Shown here: in pieces, positions 50,883 through 63,137 of the stretch | Layout of the letters: every line of letters starts with the position of its first letter | Numbering within the stretch: position 1 is the stretch's first letter | From: Octopus sinensis | Lineage: Eukaryota | Assembly (NCBI RefSeq): GCF_006345805.1 | Contig: NC_043006.1 | Location: 5,642,001-5,706,000 of the forward strand | Direction of reading: 5' to 3' | Length of the DNA stretch: 64,000 nucleotides | Position numbers and translations under genes: made by a program | Notes under the pieces: model-generated | Told to the model about the DNA's origin: nothing | The model's database searches: none | Seen by the model: only the letters and a program-made list of their open reading frames with translations

Positions 50883-50974
50883 TATCTCTGAAGAGCAGCA
50901 GTGTTGTCTATAAATGCTTATCAATATAGGATTTCATTATAGGGACAACTCTTTTGTGAAACGATCGTAAGATG
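50883..50974 (+). ncRNA. Type I hammerhead ribozyme motif with long stem II
   Basis: ATCT-CTGAAGA-GCA...GTTGTC...GACAAC...TGT-GAAA-CGATCG-TA-AGAT; all core nucleotides present; palindromic stem III ACGATCGT. Confidence 0.75.
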
Positions 50975-51426
50975 CTTTAAATAATTAATTCAAAACTTTT
51001 AAACTATCAAATATTTGTACATTATATTTATATTTTTATATTTATTTATTTATATATATTTTTAATACAATAAGTTCTTTCACACGGGTACATCTTTATG
51101 ATGAGTTGGATATTAATTTCCTTATATTAATAATAATAATATATTATTAAAAAATATATGTATATATTGCTCATATTGAATATATAAATACTTTAATAGT
51201 ATTGATATTTTTATACAATAGAGCACATATAAATTCAGTACATAATATTCTTATTGAATATATTTACCTAGAGATTTATATATATTTATATATATATATT
51301 TATATATATAGTACTACTCTGACCAAATACACACATTTTGAGGTAGACTATGAAATTTGATGCATATATATTCGTGGTATTTGTATGTAATTGCAGCTTT
51401 GTGTTTCTTTTTCTGTGGGTATGTAT

Positions 51427-51835
51427 ACTCTTCTACTTGTTTCAGTCATTTGACTGCGGCCATGCTGGAGCACCGCCCTTGGTCGAGCAAATCAACCCCG
51501 GGACTTATTCTTTGTAAGCCTAGTACTTATCCTATCGGTCTCTTTTGCAGAACCGCTAAGTGACAGGGACGTAAACACACCCGCATCGGTTGTCAAGCAA
51601 TGCTAGGGAGACAAACACAAACACACACACACATACATACATACATATACATATATATATATATATACATATACAACAGGCTTCTTTCAGTTTCCGTCTA
51701 TCAAATCCACTCACAAGGCATTGGTCGGCCCGAGGCTATAGTAGAAGACACTTGCCCAAGTTGCCACGCAGTGGGACTGAACCCGGAACCATGTGGTTGG
51801 TTAGCAAGCTACTTACCACACAGCCACTCCTGCGT
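51427..51835 (-). mobile_element. CORE-like SINE, full length
   Basis: Family match. Confidence 0.92.
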
Positions 51836-52725
51836 ATGTCTCATTTTGCTCAGTATTCTTTACTGATGAAGGAAGAGTTATCAAACTAATCCAGGAATTA
51901 ATCAATCCAAACCTATCTGAATCATTTTATGAATTTCTGTCAGTCTACTTCTTACTTTCAACATGTGTGTAATCATAAAGTGATAATTGAGAGTGGTTGG
52001 ACGATTTAGCATCTATTTTCAGCATATAGGTATGGTCCACTCTGTGCCCTTAATTATAACTGTATTTTATATTATTATAAATCACACACACACACACACA
52101 CGGATAGATAGAGATATAGCGGATTCTCCCATTGTTAATGACAGATGAGCATTCCACAAATTGTTGCTGAACAACCTCCTACACAGATGGTTTGTTTGTT
52201 TGCAGTGATCAAATGAATGTGCTGTACATTAGCCCACTCTGTCAACTCAACATTCCTTATGCAGGTCCACGATGGGACACATGTCAGATACTGAAATGAT
52301 CACTGGTGTTTTGCTCAAAGCACAAAGCAAGAAAGGAAACCATGATCCTATAAGTGTGAGGCTAACATCCTAAACACTAGGGGACTTTCGTTTTATATCT
52401 GTTTTTTTTCCAATGCCAGTATGGGTTTGACAAATACATATTACTGGAGCATTGTTCTATTACTAGATGTTCTTCATGCAGCTAGCCCTTACCTCATTTT
52501 ACTTTTTATTTTCTTAAGCAAGGGAGTTTTCCTTTCCACTCATCTTCAAAAGAGCCAGTCGATGATTTTTTGATGGGGAATTGTTAACATACAGCATTGT
52601 TAGTAGCTTAGTATATTTTCATGCAAAGTGCAGAATGTAAACATTTGCACAGGCACACACACACACACACACACAGGTATCTGTATGTGTGTGTATGTTT
52701 ATATATATATATATATATACATACA

Positions 52726-53133
52726 GCAAGAAGGAAATAGAGGGGATCCAGAGGTGCTATGCATCAACTGTTAGACATTATATTATGTCTATTTATTTTA
52801 AACAATTATGAGAATATATATACATGTGTAAAGATTGTGTTCTACATATATAAAGTACCAGAAACTTCTAGAATAGAGAAAGAAGAGCAGTTTCTTACAG
52901 CTGTTTCTGTCAAGAGGTCGCAGTACCCCACATGTCATTTCCATCTTTTCAGTGGGGTGAACCTCTTGGCAGAAACAGCTGTAAGAAACTGTTCTTTCTC
53001 TATTTTAGAAATTACTGGTACTTTATATATGTAAAACACAATCTTTACACATGTATATATATTCTCATAATTGTTTAAAATAGACATAATATAATGTCTA
53101 GCTGTTAATGCATCCCCTCCATTTTCTTCCTGC
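52726..53133. mobile_element. Long inverted repeat (arms about 155-190 bp) carrying hammerhead 3' halves
   Basis: 52759-52918 against 52961-53113; GAAACAGCTGTA at 52972-52983 and its complement at 52896-52907. Confidence 0.8.
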
Positions 53134-53879
53134 CACATGAATTAAGGGTAAAACCACATATTACCCTTGCCCATTTATTATGCTCAGTTGTGTAATTGCC
53201 ATGAGAGAATGAGTCAGAAGTACCAATACAGCTAGGTTTTTATGCAAAGTAGAATAGTATATATGGCAGGCAAATTCATTATGTACAAAATAGGCATTGG
53301 GTCAAGACTAAAAATGTGAAGACTTGGCAATAACTCAAGCAAATTTTACTGTGAATCTGTTGTTATTGGTAGATTTTACTGTAATATATAACTAATTTTT
53401 GTATTCTGTTTATTGTACTAACTAATTATGTACTATGATTATTTCATAACCTATTTTCAAATTTCTAATTATTATTTAAAAAAATTAATTTTTTTGAAGT
53501 GCAAAAAATATTTTGAGTTATTTTTAATAAAAGTAACAAGTGCAATAAAAGTAACAAATAGAAGTAATAACTTGAAATAAAATTTTTAGTTTAATAAAAA
53601 CTAATATTTTCTAAATCTAAATATTATATTTGAAGTTTTATCCTTAGCTGCAATATTTCAAGTAAAAATCTTCTTGTTCTGTACTTTACCAGATGTAATG
53701 AATTGTCCTGAACTTTTCCAAGTGTAATAACCTGTCCTATGCTTTTCCAGGTTTATAATCTTTAGAATATTATTTCTTTAAAATGATATTTAAAATATTA
53801 TTTTTCCATGTAATAAATACATGCATACATACACTCATACATACCAACCTGGCCATTCACACATTATTTTGAATTTCAG

Positions 53880-54088
53880 GTTTCAGAAAAATCGAGTTTA
53901 TACTTACATTGGTGAAGTGGTTGTTTCATTGAATCCTTACAAATCCATGGAAATCTATGGAGAAAGCTATATATCAGAGTACAAAGGCAGAGAGCTATAT
54001 GAGCGTCCACCCCATATATTCGCCCTTGCAGACAGTGCTTATAAAACGATGAAACGCACAAACAAAGATACTTGCATTGTGATATCAG
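53880..54088 (+). CDS. Myo1D: Myosin ID-like coding exon 2 (motor domain)
   Basis: TTTCAG|G acceptor; [20 protein letters not shown]...[26 protein letters not shown]...DTCIVISG; G|GTAAGT donor; 209 nt. Confidence 0.96.
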
Positions 54089-54350
54089 GTAAGTGATTGT
54101 TATTTAGCACCAGTGAAGCTACTAAAATGGTAAACTGTCACCCCATAATTTAACTCTATTCAGGTGTATCTTTCAATACCTGAACACAACACTTAATTCC
54201 ACTTCAGTCAACATAATTCAGTGGTTCTTAACCATTTTCTGTCTATGGGCATCTTTGATTCCTATTTTACTCTTCTGAACCTTTGTAGACATTCAATGCT
54301 TAAACAAAACCCTACTGCATTTTGATAATTAAATATTATTAGGAAATGTA

Positions 54351-54750
54351 TCACTGCCAGAGCAGCTGTCTGGCTTCCGTGCTGGTGGGCACATAAAAAG
54401 CACCATTTGAGCGTGATCGTTACCAGCGTCGCCTTACTGGCACATGAACAAAACATTCGAGCGAGGTCGTTGCCAGTGCCGCTGGACTGACTCCTGTGCA
54501 GGTGGCACATAAAAAACACCATTTTCATGTGTGGCCATTGCTAGTACCGCCAGACTGGCCCTCGTGCCGATGGCATGTTAACGCACCCACTACACTCTCG
54601 GAGTGGTTGGCGTTAGCAAGGGCATCCAGCTGTAGAAACTCTGCCAGATCAGATTGGAGCCTGGTGCAGCCATCTGGTTCGCCAGCCCTCAGTCATTCGT
54701 CCAACCCATGCTAGCATGGAAAGCGGATGTTAAATGATGATGATGATGAT
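54351..54750 (+). mobile_element. Meta-like (GAT)n-tailed retroposon in intron 2
   Basis: Family motifs and GAT tail. Confidence 0.87.
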
Positions 54751-54968
54751 AACCCTTTAGCATTTAAACTGGTCATATCCAGCCGTAATATTCTACCTGT
54801 TTTGTGTTGAAATTGACCAGATCTGACTTCTCACACCTGCTTTACTATGTCATTCTAAAAATATACAGTCACATGATTGAAATCTCAAAGCTACAAGATA
54901 ATACATGATTAATTCAAAACAATGAGATTAATAAGCATTGCATTTGACAATTAATCTGAATGCTAAGC
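54751..54968. mobile_element. Probable MITE with CCCTTTAGCATT end (piggyBac-like)
   Basis: AACCCTTTAGCATT at left, partial AATGCTAA at right. Confidence 0.45.
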
Positions 54969-55070
54969 AGACCATTTTGATATAACAATGCTATGTTTTA
55001 ACTTGATATAATGTTATCTATAAATGTGATTTAGTATTGTTACATATAATGTTGATGTAATGTTATATAT

Positions 55071-55378
55071 CACCATCACCATGACCGACCAGGTTATCAG
55101 ATGTTGCTACACATCGCTGGTCACAATGCGCTTTGCATTGTTTTAGCCTTCAAAGGATGCCACACCACTGGCTAAGTGAGCAGGCCAACAGAAGAAAGTG
55201 TGAGAGAAAGTTGTGGTGAAAGAGTACAGCAGGGATCGCCACCACCTCCTGCTAGAGCCTCGTGGAGCTTTTAGGTGTTTTTGCTCAATAAACACTCACA
55301 ACGCCCGGTCTGGGAATCGAAACTGCGAACCTACGACTGCGAGTCCGCTGCCCTAACCACTGGGCCATTGCACCTCCA
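55071..55378 (-). mobile_element. tRNA-derived SINE, tail C
   Basis: Matches 21090-21391. Confidence 0.87.
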
Positions 55379-55863
55379 TGTAATCTATAATATAAATTGA
55401 ACATGGGCGAGTTTGTATTCTTTCTTGTCTTGAGGTTCACAGCCAAACGACTGGGTGAATTCGCATGAAAAATGGCACACATGTGGAGATGGGTGCATAG
55501 ATTGGAATGCAGTTTGTATTTTTACCTAGCCCCCATACTTACCGAGAAAATCGATTAAAACTTTTTATAATGGAATGCCCCTCTTTCTTCCATAAAACAG
55601 GGGACCCAAAACAATAAGATTATAGACTATGCCTCATCAAAAACGATCACAGCCACATCATCCAAACAGACCAGATGAAACCGGACTTAGCTGCTAGTGT
55701 TATATATAAACTTGATAAAATAATATTATAAATAATGCAAGATATAAACTTGATATAGTAATGTAATTTTTCTCGCAGCCATTGTGCACCTTAGATTCTT
55801 TCAAGACTCAATGAACATGTTCTTTTATCTTTATAATGAATGTTGCTTTAAATTGTCTTTCAG

Positions 55864-55957
55864 GGGAAAGTGGATCTGGGAAGACTGAAGCCTCAAAGAT
55901 TATTATGAGATATATTGCAGCTGTAACAAACATTAGCGGGCAACAAGAAGTGGAACG
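55864..55957 (+). CDS. Myo1D: Myosin ID-like coding exon 3 (P-loop)
   Basis: TCTTTCAG acceptor; (G)[30 protein letters not shown](R); CG|GTAATT donor; 94 nt; phase matches exon 2. No exon 4 found in the window. Confidence 0.96.
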
Positions 55958-56513
55958 GTAATTAGAGTTAATGATATCATACCCTTTTCGTTGAAATACA
56001 TTAATTAATCTGTTATGCCTCTTTTAACGATATGTCATACAATTCGGGGAAACTGTACAGGGGATAAAAAAGTTAATGATGCTTGAATTTTCAACTGATT
56101 CAACAGTTCTTTCTCCAAGAAAGAATTTCGGTTCAGTGCTACAGGCTTATGTAATACTTTGTAATTATACACTAAACTTGCTGCCTTCACCATTAAGGTA
56201 TACACTATGTATTTACTGCTCGGTAGACTGACATCTCCAGTGCAGGTTACTAAAAATTTTACAGTTTAACCTGTTACTGGGTATTTTGTTGATATGATTC
56301 AAAGTGTAAACATAAGGCCAGACTGAAAGATTTTATTTTAAGTTTTTTTCTGAATCTTCTAATTGACCTTTCAAATTTAATTGTTTTTGTCTGTGCAGTA
56401 TTTTGATAAGGAGCCAGCAGTATCTCCAATGTGTGTGTGTATACATACATTCATACACACATATCCAGCTAGACATTGATATCTCTAGTTATATATATAT
56501 ATATATATATATA

Positions 56514-56832
56514 TGTGCCGGTGGCACATAAAAAGCACCATCCGAACGTGGCCGTTGCCAGCCCCGCCTTGGCTGGCTTCCGTGTCGGTGGCACATTAAA
56601 AGCTCCAACCGATCATGGCCGATGCCGGACCCCCTGGCACCTGTGCAGGTGGCGCGTAAAAAGCACCCACTATACTCGCGGAGTGGTTGGCGTTAGGAAG
56701 GGCATCCAGCTGTAGAAACTCTGCCAGATCAGACTGGAGCCTGGTGCAGCCCCTGACTTCCCAGACCCCAGTCAAACCGTCCAACCTGTGCTAGCGCGGA
56801 AAACAGACGTTAAACGATGATAATGATGATGA
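56514..56832 (+). mobile_element. Meta-like (GAT)n-tailed retroposon
   Basis: Family motifs. Confidence 0.87.
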
Positions 56833-57604
56833 TATATATATCAATGTTTGTATTTTATACTAGCATGGTTTGCATGATTTGACAGGATCCAACAAACTAG
56901 AATCCTGCCTTATGCTTCAATGTCTGCTTTGGCAAGTTTTCTAGTACAATCTGCCCTCTGAACACCAACACTCTACAGTATGTACTGGGTGCTTTCTTCA
57001 TGGCACCAGCACAAGTGAGGTTACCAAATAACTCACAAGACAATGCCCTTTGACAGAGTGGTGGTGCAGTATTGGGGGAGGTGGAATTGCGTCAGGTGTT
57101 GAGATGCAAAATATTTTAAATAGGTATCATGGAGAAAATGCCAGCTTCCAAATCCCGCTTTCTGATTGGGTAAAAATTATCATACTTTAAACCTCTGTAG
57201 CATTCTTCTAAAATTTTTATAGAACAAGTGAATAACATAATCAGCTTCAGCATGAAAAATGACATCAATATACCAAGTTTGAAAATTTTCACTTAAACTT
57301 AAAATTTCCAAAACTATGACAGCAACAGAAAAGATCCAAAGATAAAGAAAACAAAAAACTGTTCAGATAATGGAGGATCGTAGTTTCAATTCTGTTTGTC
57401 ATCTTCACCGTTCCCAGTTGACTAAAGTAAGCTGTAAGATTTAGGGATACAGGAATTAGATTAGATATAAATTACAATATTTCAAGTGTAAGACAGATTG
57501 AAGTAATTTGTTAAATAAAGTATGATGTTACCATAAAAACAAATTTGTTAGCCATGGGAAATGTTATTTTACAAGACTCCATTTTGTAATGGAAATTGTA
57601 GTTG

Positions 57605-57761
57605 TGGTACCAGTGCCGGTGGCACGTAAAAAGCACCATCCGATCGTGGCCGTTGCCAGCGCCGCCTCAACTGGCTTCCGTGCCAGTGGCATGTAAAAAG
57701 CACCAACCGATCATGGCCGTTGCCAGCCTTGGAAAACGGACGTTAAATGATGATGAAGATG

Positions 57762-57807
<46 letters not shown>

Positions 57808-58052
57808 TGCTGGTGGCATGTAAAAACCACCAACCAATCATGGCCGCTGCCAGTCTCCCCTGGCACTTGTGCCAGTGGCACGTAAAAAGCACCCACTGCA
57901 CTCACGGAGTGGTTGGCATTAGGAAGGGCATCCAGCTGTAGAAACTCTGCCAGATCAGACTGGAGCCTAGTGCAGCCTCCTGGCTTCCCAGACCCAGGTC
58001 AAACCGTCCAACCCATGCTAGCATGGAAAACGGACGTTAAACGATGATGATG
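57605..58052 (+). mobile_element. Two adjacent Meta-like elements separated by (TA)n
   Basis: The first lacks the central motif (repeats joined directly to the tail); the second is complete. Confidence 0.8.
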
Positions 58053-60253
58053 TATACTTACAATCAACAAGTTGTACTTGCTTGGTTACAAACTCTTGAT
58101 GATAATGATTTCTAGTTCCTAGGCAAGATGGTTACATGCTCGCTAACATGTTCGCTATTAGTATACATATTGATTCTTTTGAAACTGATTTTGCTTTCAT
58201 TTTAATATGATGATAATGAGATTGTTGTATACAGTACTCAGGTGTTGTTGCTGTGTGTTAGATGTCGAAAATAGTAAAAAAATGATTTTTTTCTTTTTGT
58301 TTCGGATGTAAAATAAATCTGACATCAAGCCAAATAAATCAAGAAGTATATTGTTTCACAATTTGTCAGAGAGAAAAGTATATTTTGTAATCTAAAAAGA
58401 TGGTTGTTTGTAGACACTCAGGGTGTTGATTTTCTGGGAATCAGAGTTAATTGGGCGAGGTTAGTCTACTTAATATTCAATATGACCCTTTGCAGTCTGG
58501 TGATTGGAAATTATATATGGAAAAGAAAAGAACTCTTGGGAGATTCAATTCTTAGGAAACAGTCTTGGGAAAAATATCCTGCATTTTATATGGGAGGGAA
58601 AACGTGGGTAGGTAAGTGCTTTACATACAGCATAATTCACATTACACAGACTGGTATTCCTAACATTATATCACACTCAAGTGATATCTCAGGTCCCTAG
58701 TGAGATGTGTTGCTTACATCGATTGAAATAGTACACATAATTAATACACAATATTCCTGGATACATATTTTTTGTATTCATGGCACAACATAATGATATA
58801 TATTTGAATAAGTGCTGTCATACCTGCTTTATAATAACGATGGTTGCTCTGTAGCTATCTTTATCTCATCTTGATTTAAATTCACCAAGACACCTGTAAG
58901 TGGGAATATAAAACATTATTTATAAACCTGTCTTCTTGTAAATTATACAGCTTTTTCAAGTGTCAAAGACTATTGATTGTCACAGAGTGCAAGCATAAAT
59001 TTCCATTTCCTTTCTAATCAGGGGTTACTGTTTCTATGGGTAATAATTCTGATAATCTTAGATGACATTGTACTAACTAGCAGAAAGACTGCCCTCCGGG
59101 TGGTTTTCTGCTAGTTACTTCATAATATTTTTGCATTCAACTCCAAATTCTAATAATTTTTATGATATTTTACATCTAATTATTTCTTTGTATAATAGTG
59201 CCCACTTGCTTAGTAAATATTGCTTTCATTATTTTATCAGTAATAATCTCTCTTTTTTAAACAAACGTCACAGTAGTCCAACAACAGAGGGAGGAGCAGT
59301 TTGTGAAGTTTTACCTTCCCCTCAGAGCAACATAGAGATTTCAATTCAGTAGCCTATCTGTAAGCTTTGCAGAGGGGTGTGGTGTGTGAGAGAGAAGAGG
59401 GGGAGAGGGAACATTGCCAAAATGAAGGAAATAAACGTAATAAAAAAATCATAAATAAAAGAGCATTACTACAGATGTATATGCCCCTGACTTTGTTGCC
59501 TCATAACATCCAGAGAAATGGATACTTTTTAACAAAATTTTCTAAAAATACTACTTAGATGTCGTGGCTTCAGAGTATATAGGGATTTATGAGAAAGAAT
59601 TTTTCCGAGGGGGTGGTGAGAGGAGTTTTGGAAAATTCACACAATCCACCTTATTTCCCTGTGGTAAATTATACTTTGAACATGTTATCTTCTTCTTACT
59701 TCATTCATCTCTGATAAAGCACATGATGGGTGTGTATCTTGGTGTATTATGATGTTACTTTGAGCAGTGAAATGCCTTAGCTATTTATATTTCATATATA
59801 AAAGGGCTCTGTGTTCAATAAATTATTCAGAACACAGCTCAATGTTTGGACATAGGACCAATGTCATTATCAGTTTACAACAAAGCAGGGAATCCTATGT
59901 AGCTTAGTTCATCAGCATTTGGTTTATCAGCTGATGCTGGCATGGGTTGGTTAGTTTTCTGAGGCAGTACTTAGTGGTTAGATGACCTACCTGTGGCCAA
60001 AATTTCTAGTCTTCTCTTACAGCACACAGATGTAATAAGGTGGAATGGTTAATAAGCTTGTTTTGCATTTAAGAAGTCCTAATTTTGATATCACTGTATG
60101 GATCCTTGGGCAAACATCAATTTCTATACCTTTAGATTGACCCCCTAAGTTTTGGATGAAATTGTAAAGGTAGAAACTGTATAGAATTCAGTCAGGTGGA
60201 TTGTACTTGTAATTCAAAAGGCACAGCCTTGCCTTACATTGAGTCACTCTGAT

Positions 60254-60700
60254 TCATCATTATCATCATTTAACGTCTACTTTCCATGCTGGCATGGGTT
60301 GGACGAATGACTGAGGGCTGGCAAACCAGATGGCTGTGCCAGGCTCCAATCTGATATGGCAGAGTTTCTACAGCTGGATGCCCTTCATAATGCCAACCAC
60401 TCCGAGAGTGTAGTGGGTGCTTTTACATGTCAGTCTGGCAGTACTGGCAATGGCTATGCTCAAAATGGTGTTTTTTACGTGCCACCTGCACAGGAGTCAG
60501 TCCAGCGGCACTGGCAACGACTGCGCTCAAACGTTTTGTTCGCATGCCACCAGCACATGTACCAGTAAGGCAACACTGATAACGATCACACTGAAATGTT
60601 GCTTTTTACATGTCACTGGCATGGAAGCCAGATAACTGCTCTGGCACTGATCCTGCTCAGATGGAGCTGTTAGCGCTCCCCTGGCACAGGTGCCAGTCAT
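60254..60700 (-). mobile_element. Meta-like element inserted into an older SINE (about 60100-60850)
   Basis: The flanks read as a CORE-like motif plus tail B, split by this element. Confidence 0.78.
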
Positions 60701-60994
60701 CGAATTTGATTCAATTTTGATTTCCTGCTTGAAAATTATGACAAGGACACATCTGTGGAATACTCAGTCACTTACATGTTAAGTCGGGAACAGGTAAGCC
60801 AGTTAGTTGACTGAGCAACTGAATCTTCATTGTCAAACAACAGAATTCCACCATCACAACATAGAGGAGAAATGTGGTCATAAGGCGTGGATGGTTAAAA
60901 ACACTGATTTGAAAAAGTGATACGTGTTGAGAGATAAAGACCCAGTTTTAAATGAGCCAAAAAATTTTGTTTAATTTCACAGATTTTCTATGAC

Positions 60995-61225
60995 TGCAAC
61001 TGGGTTAACAAAGAGCTGTTGCACAACTATCTTGTGAAAAAAAAAATGGTTATGACATCAGGCATGTTTGTTGGGGGCCAGTCCTTTTAGTGTTAGATGT
61101 TATTGGTACCTTAGTGATTTTATCTTTGAGTCACCAGGGTTCCATGAATATAACATGAAGTATTAGTTCCACCCATATCAAGAATACCCTGAACAATGCA
61201 GCATCTTCCTTACTTACAACTAAAA
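60995..61225. repeat. About 230-bp direct repeat, second copy at 63528-63763
   Basis: TTTGAGTCACCAGGG...CATCTTCCTTACTTACAACTAAAA shared. Confidence 0.85.
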
Positions 61226-62086
61226 ATGACAAAGTGTATCAACAGCTTTCCAGTTTCTTGCAGATTTTTAAGTCTGAGATGAGATACAATCACAGACAGG
61301 TTTAACTGTGGTAAATAAGTCAGTCTAATAAACTAGACTATGACTGTATAGTCTTAAGCTAAGACTAACATGAGAACTTTCTAGCAAAGTTACTCTTCCA
61401 GAAGTTCCATTCCATCTTTCACCTGTTACAGCAGAAGTTACCTGTCAGATTGCAACACTTCACCATTTGTTAACCCAGCTATGGTCCACACTCTGTTAAT
61501 TTTGATAGCCCTCTGGATTTAGTTATTTTCCATGCATCTGTCTGTCTATAAATGACTCCTTATCTGTCAACTGTCACCATACTTCATAGATAATACTACC
61601 TTTTCACTCCATTGTAATTTGCACCCAGTTGTTCTCTTAGCGACCTCACCTTAGATATTCTATGAATAGATATCCTCAATAAATCCTGTAACCAGAGACC
61701 TGACAATCTAGTCTCATTCAATGACATCAAACAAATGCATGTTAACAATCATAAATTCAGCTGTTGATAAGCAAACCTGCAGGATAACATTTGACAATGG
61801 CTTTATTTACATTGTCTCCTGGTCAATAAATCAATGCAGCTGTGACAAGTTATACGGGCCATTATAGATTGTACTTACGTTCATTATAAATAGTATGTAC
61901 AATGCTGACAAGAAGAATATAATGCAGAGAAACAATGTGTGCACACAATGTATTATTTCTGTGCTGACTGTAAGATGGATGTTATACAAATAAACTCAAA
62001 TAAGTGAATGTTACAAAGATGAAGATGGACACACTGTTTATGATTATGGAGTTTATATGTGTGTGTGTGCAAGCGCACACACACAA

Positions 62087-62415
62087 TCATCATCATCATC
62101 GTTTAACGTCCGCTTTCCATGCTATCATGGGTTGGACGATTTGACTGTGGGCTGGCAAACCAGATGGCTGCACCAGGCTCCAGTCTTGATCTGGCAGAGT
62201 TTCTACAGCTGGATGCCCTTCCTAATGCCAACCACTCCGAGAGTGCAGAGGGTGCTTTTACGTGCCACCAGCATGAGGGCCAGTTTGGTGGTACTGGCAA
62301 CGGCCACGCCCAAATGGTGCTTTTTATGTGCCACCTGCACAGGAGCCAGTCCAGCGGCACTGGTGACGACCTTGCTCGAATGTTTCACATGCCATCAGCA
62401 CAAGTGCTAGTAAGG
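62087..62415 (-). mobile_element. Meta-like (GAT)n-tailed retroposon
   Basis: Family motifs. Confidence 0.87.
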
Positions 62416-62424
62416 CAAGTCATT

Positions 62425-62780
62425 AACTTCCAAATCACTTGGCTTCAAGTCCAGTCCTGTCACATGGCATCTTGTATGAATATGTTCTACTACAGCTCTG
62501 GAATGACCAAAGCCTTGTTAGTGGATTTGATGGACAAAATCTGAAAGAACTCTGACAAATATGTATATATGAGTGTCTGTGCATGCATGCTTTTGCTTCC
62601 TTGTCTTGATATGAAGCAACAGTCGTAAACGAGTGTCACCATCATACAAGCAGTATCCTTTGTTCCCAGTCTTTCATGAAACCATTTCCAGCCATGGGGA
62701 AATATTACCTTATTTGATGACAGGAAAGACATCCGGCCACAGACAATTTTCCTAAAAGAATGCCATCTGATTCAAGTACA
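62425..62780 (+). mobile_element. Old SINE combining a CORE-family head with a Meta-like motif
   Basis: GACCAAAGCCTTG..GTGGATTTG, then GACAGGAAAGACATCCGGCC. Confidence 0.55.
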
Positions 62781-63137
62781 TGTGTTTATACACAAACGCA
62801 TGCACACACACATTCCTATATGTGTATCTATGCTGCTCAGGTACATATTAATGCAGCTGTACTATTTAGGAAGGAGAAAACACAGGTAAAAAGATTTGTT
62901 GCTCCTGATAAAAAAAATGTTGGTTATGATTAAAACTGGTAGATACTCTAACAATTGCTACCTTCACTATCACAACCAGTGTACTACAACCTGGTCCTGT
63001 GTCTCTGGGTTGTATCAATTGACCCTTCCACTCTGGCCTTGGTTGCATGCCCAATGACCACTACATACAATTTCACTTAGTTAGTTCCTCTACGATATCT
63101 CTTCTCCTGGGTGACCAGAGACATCTATTAATATAAT

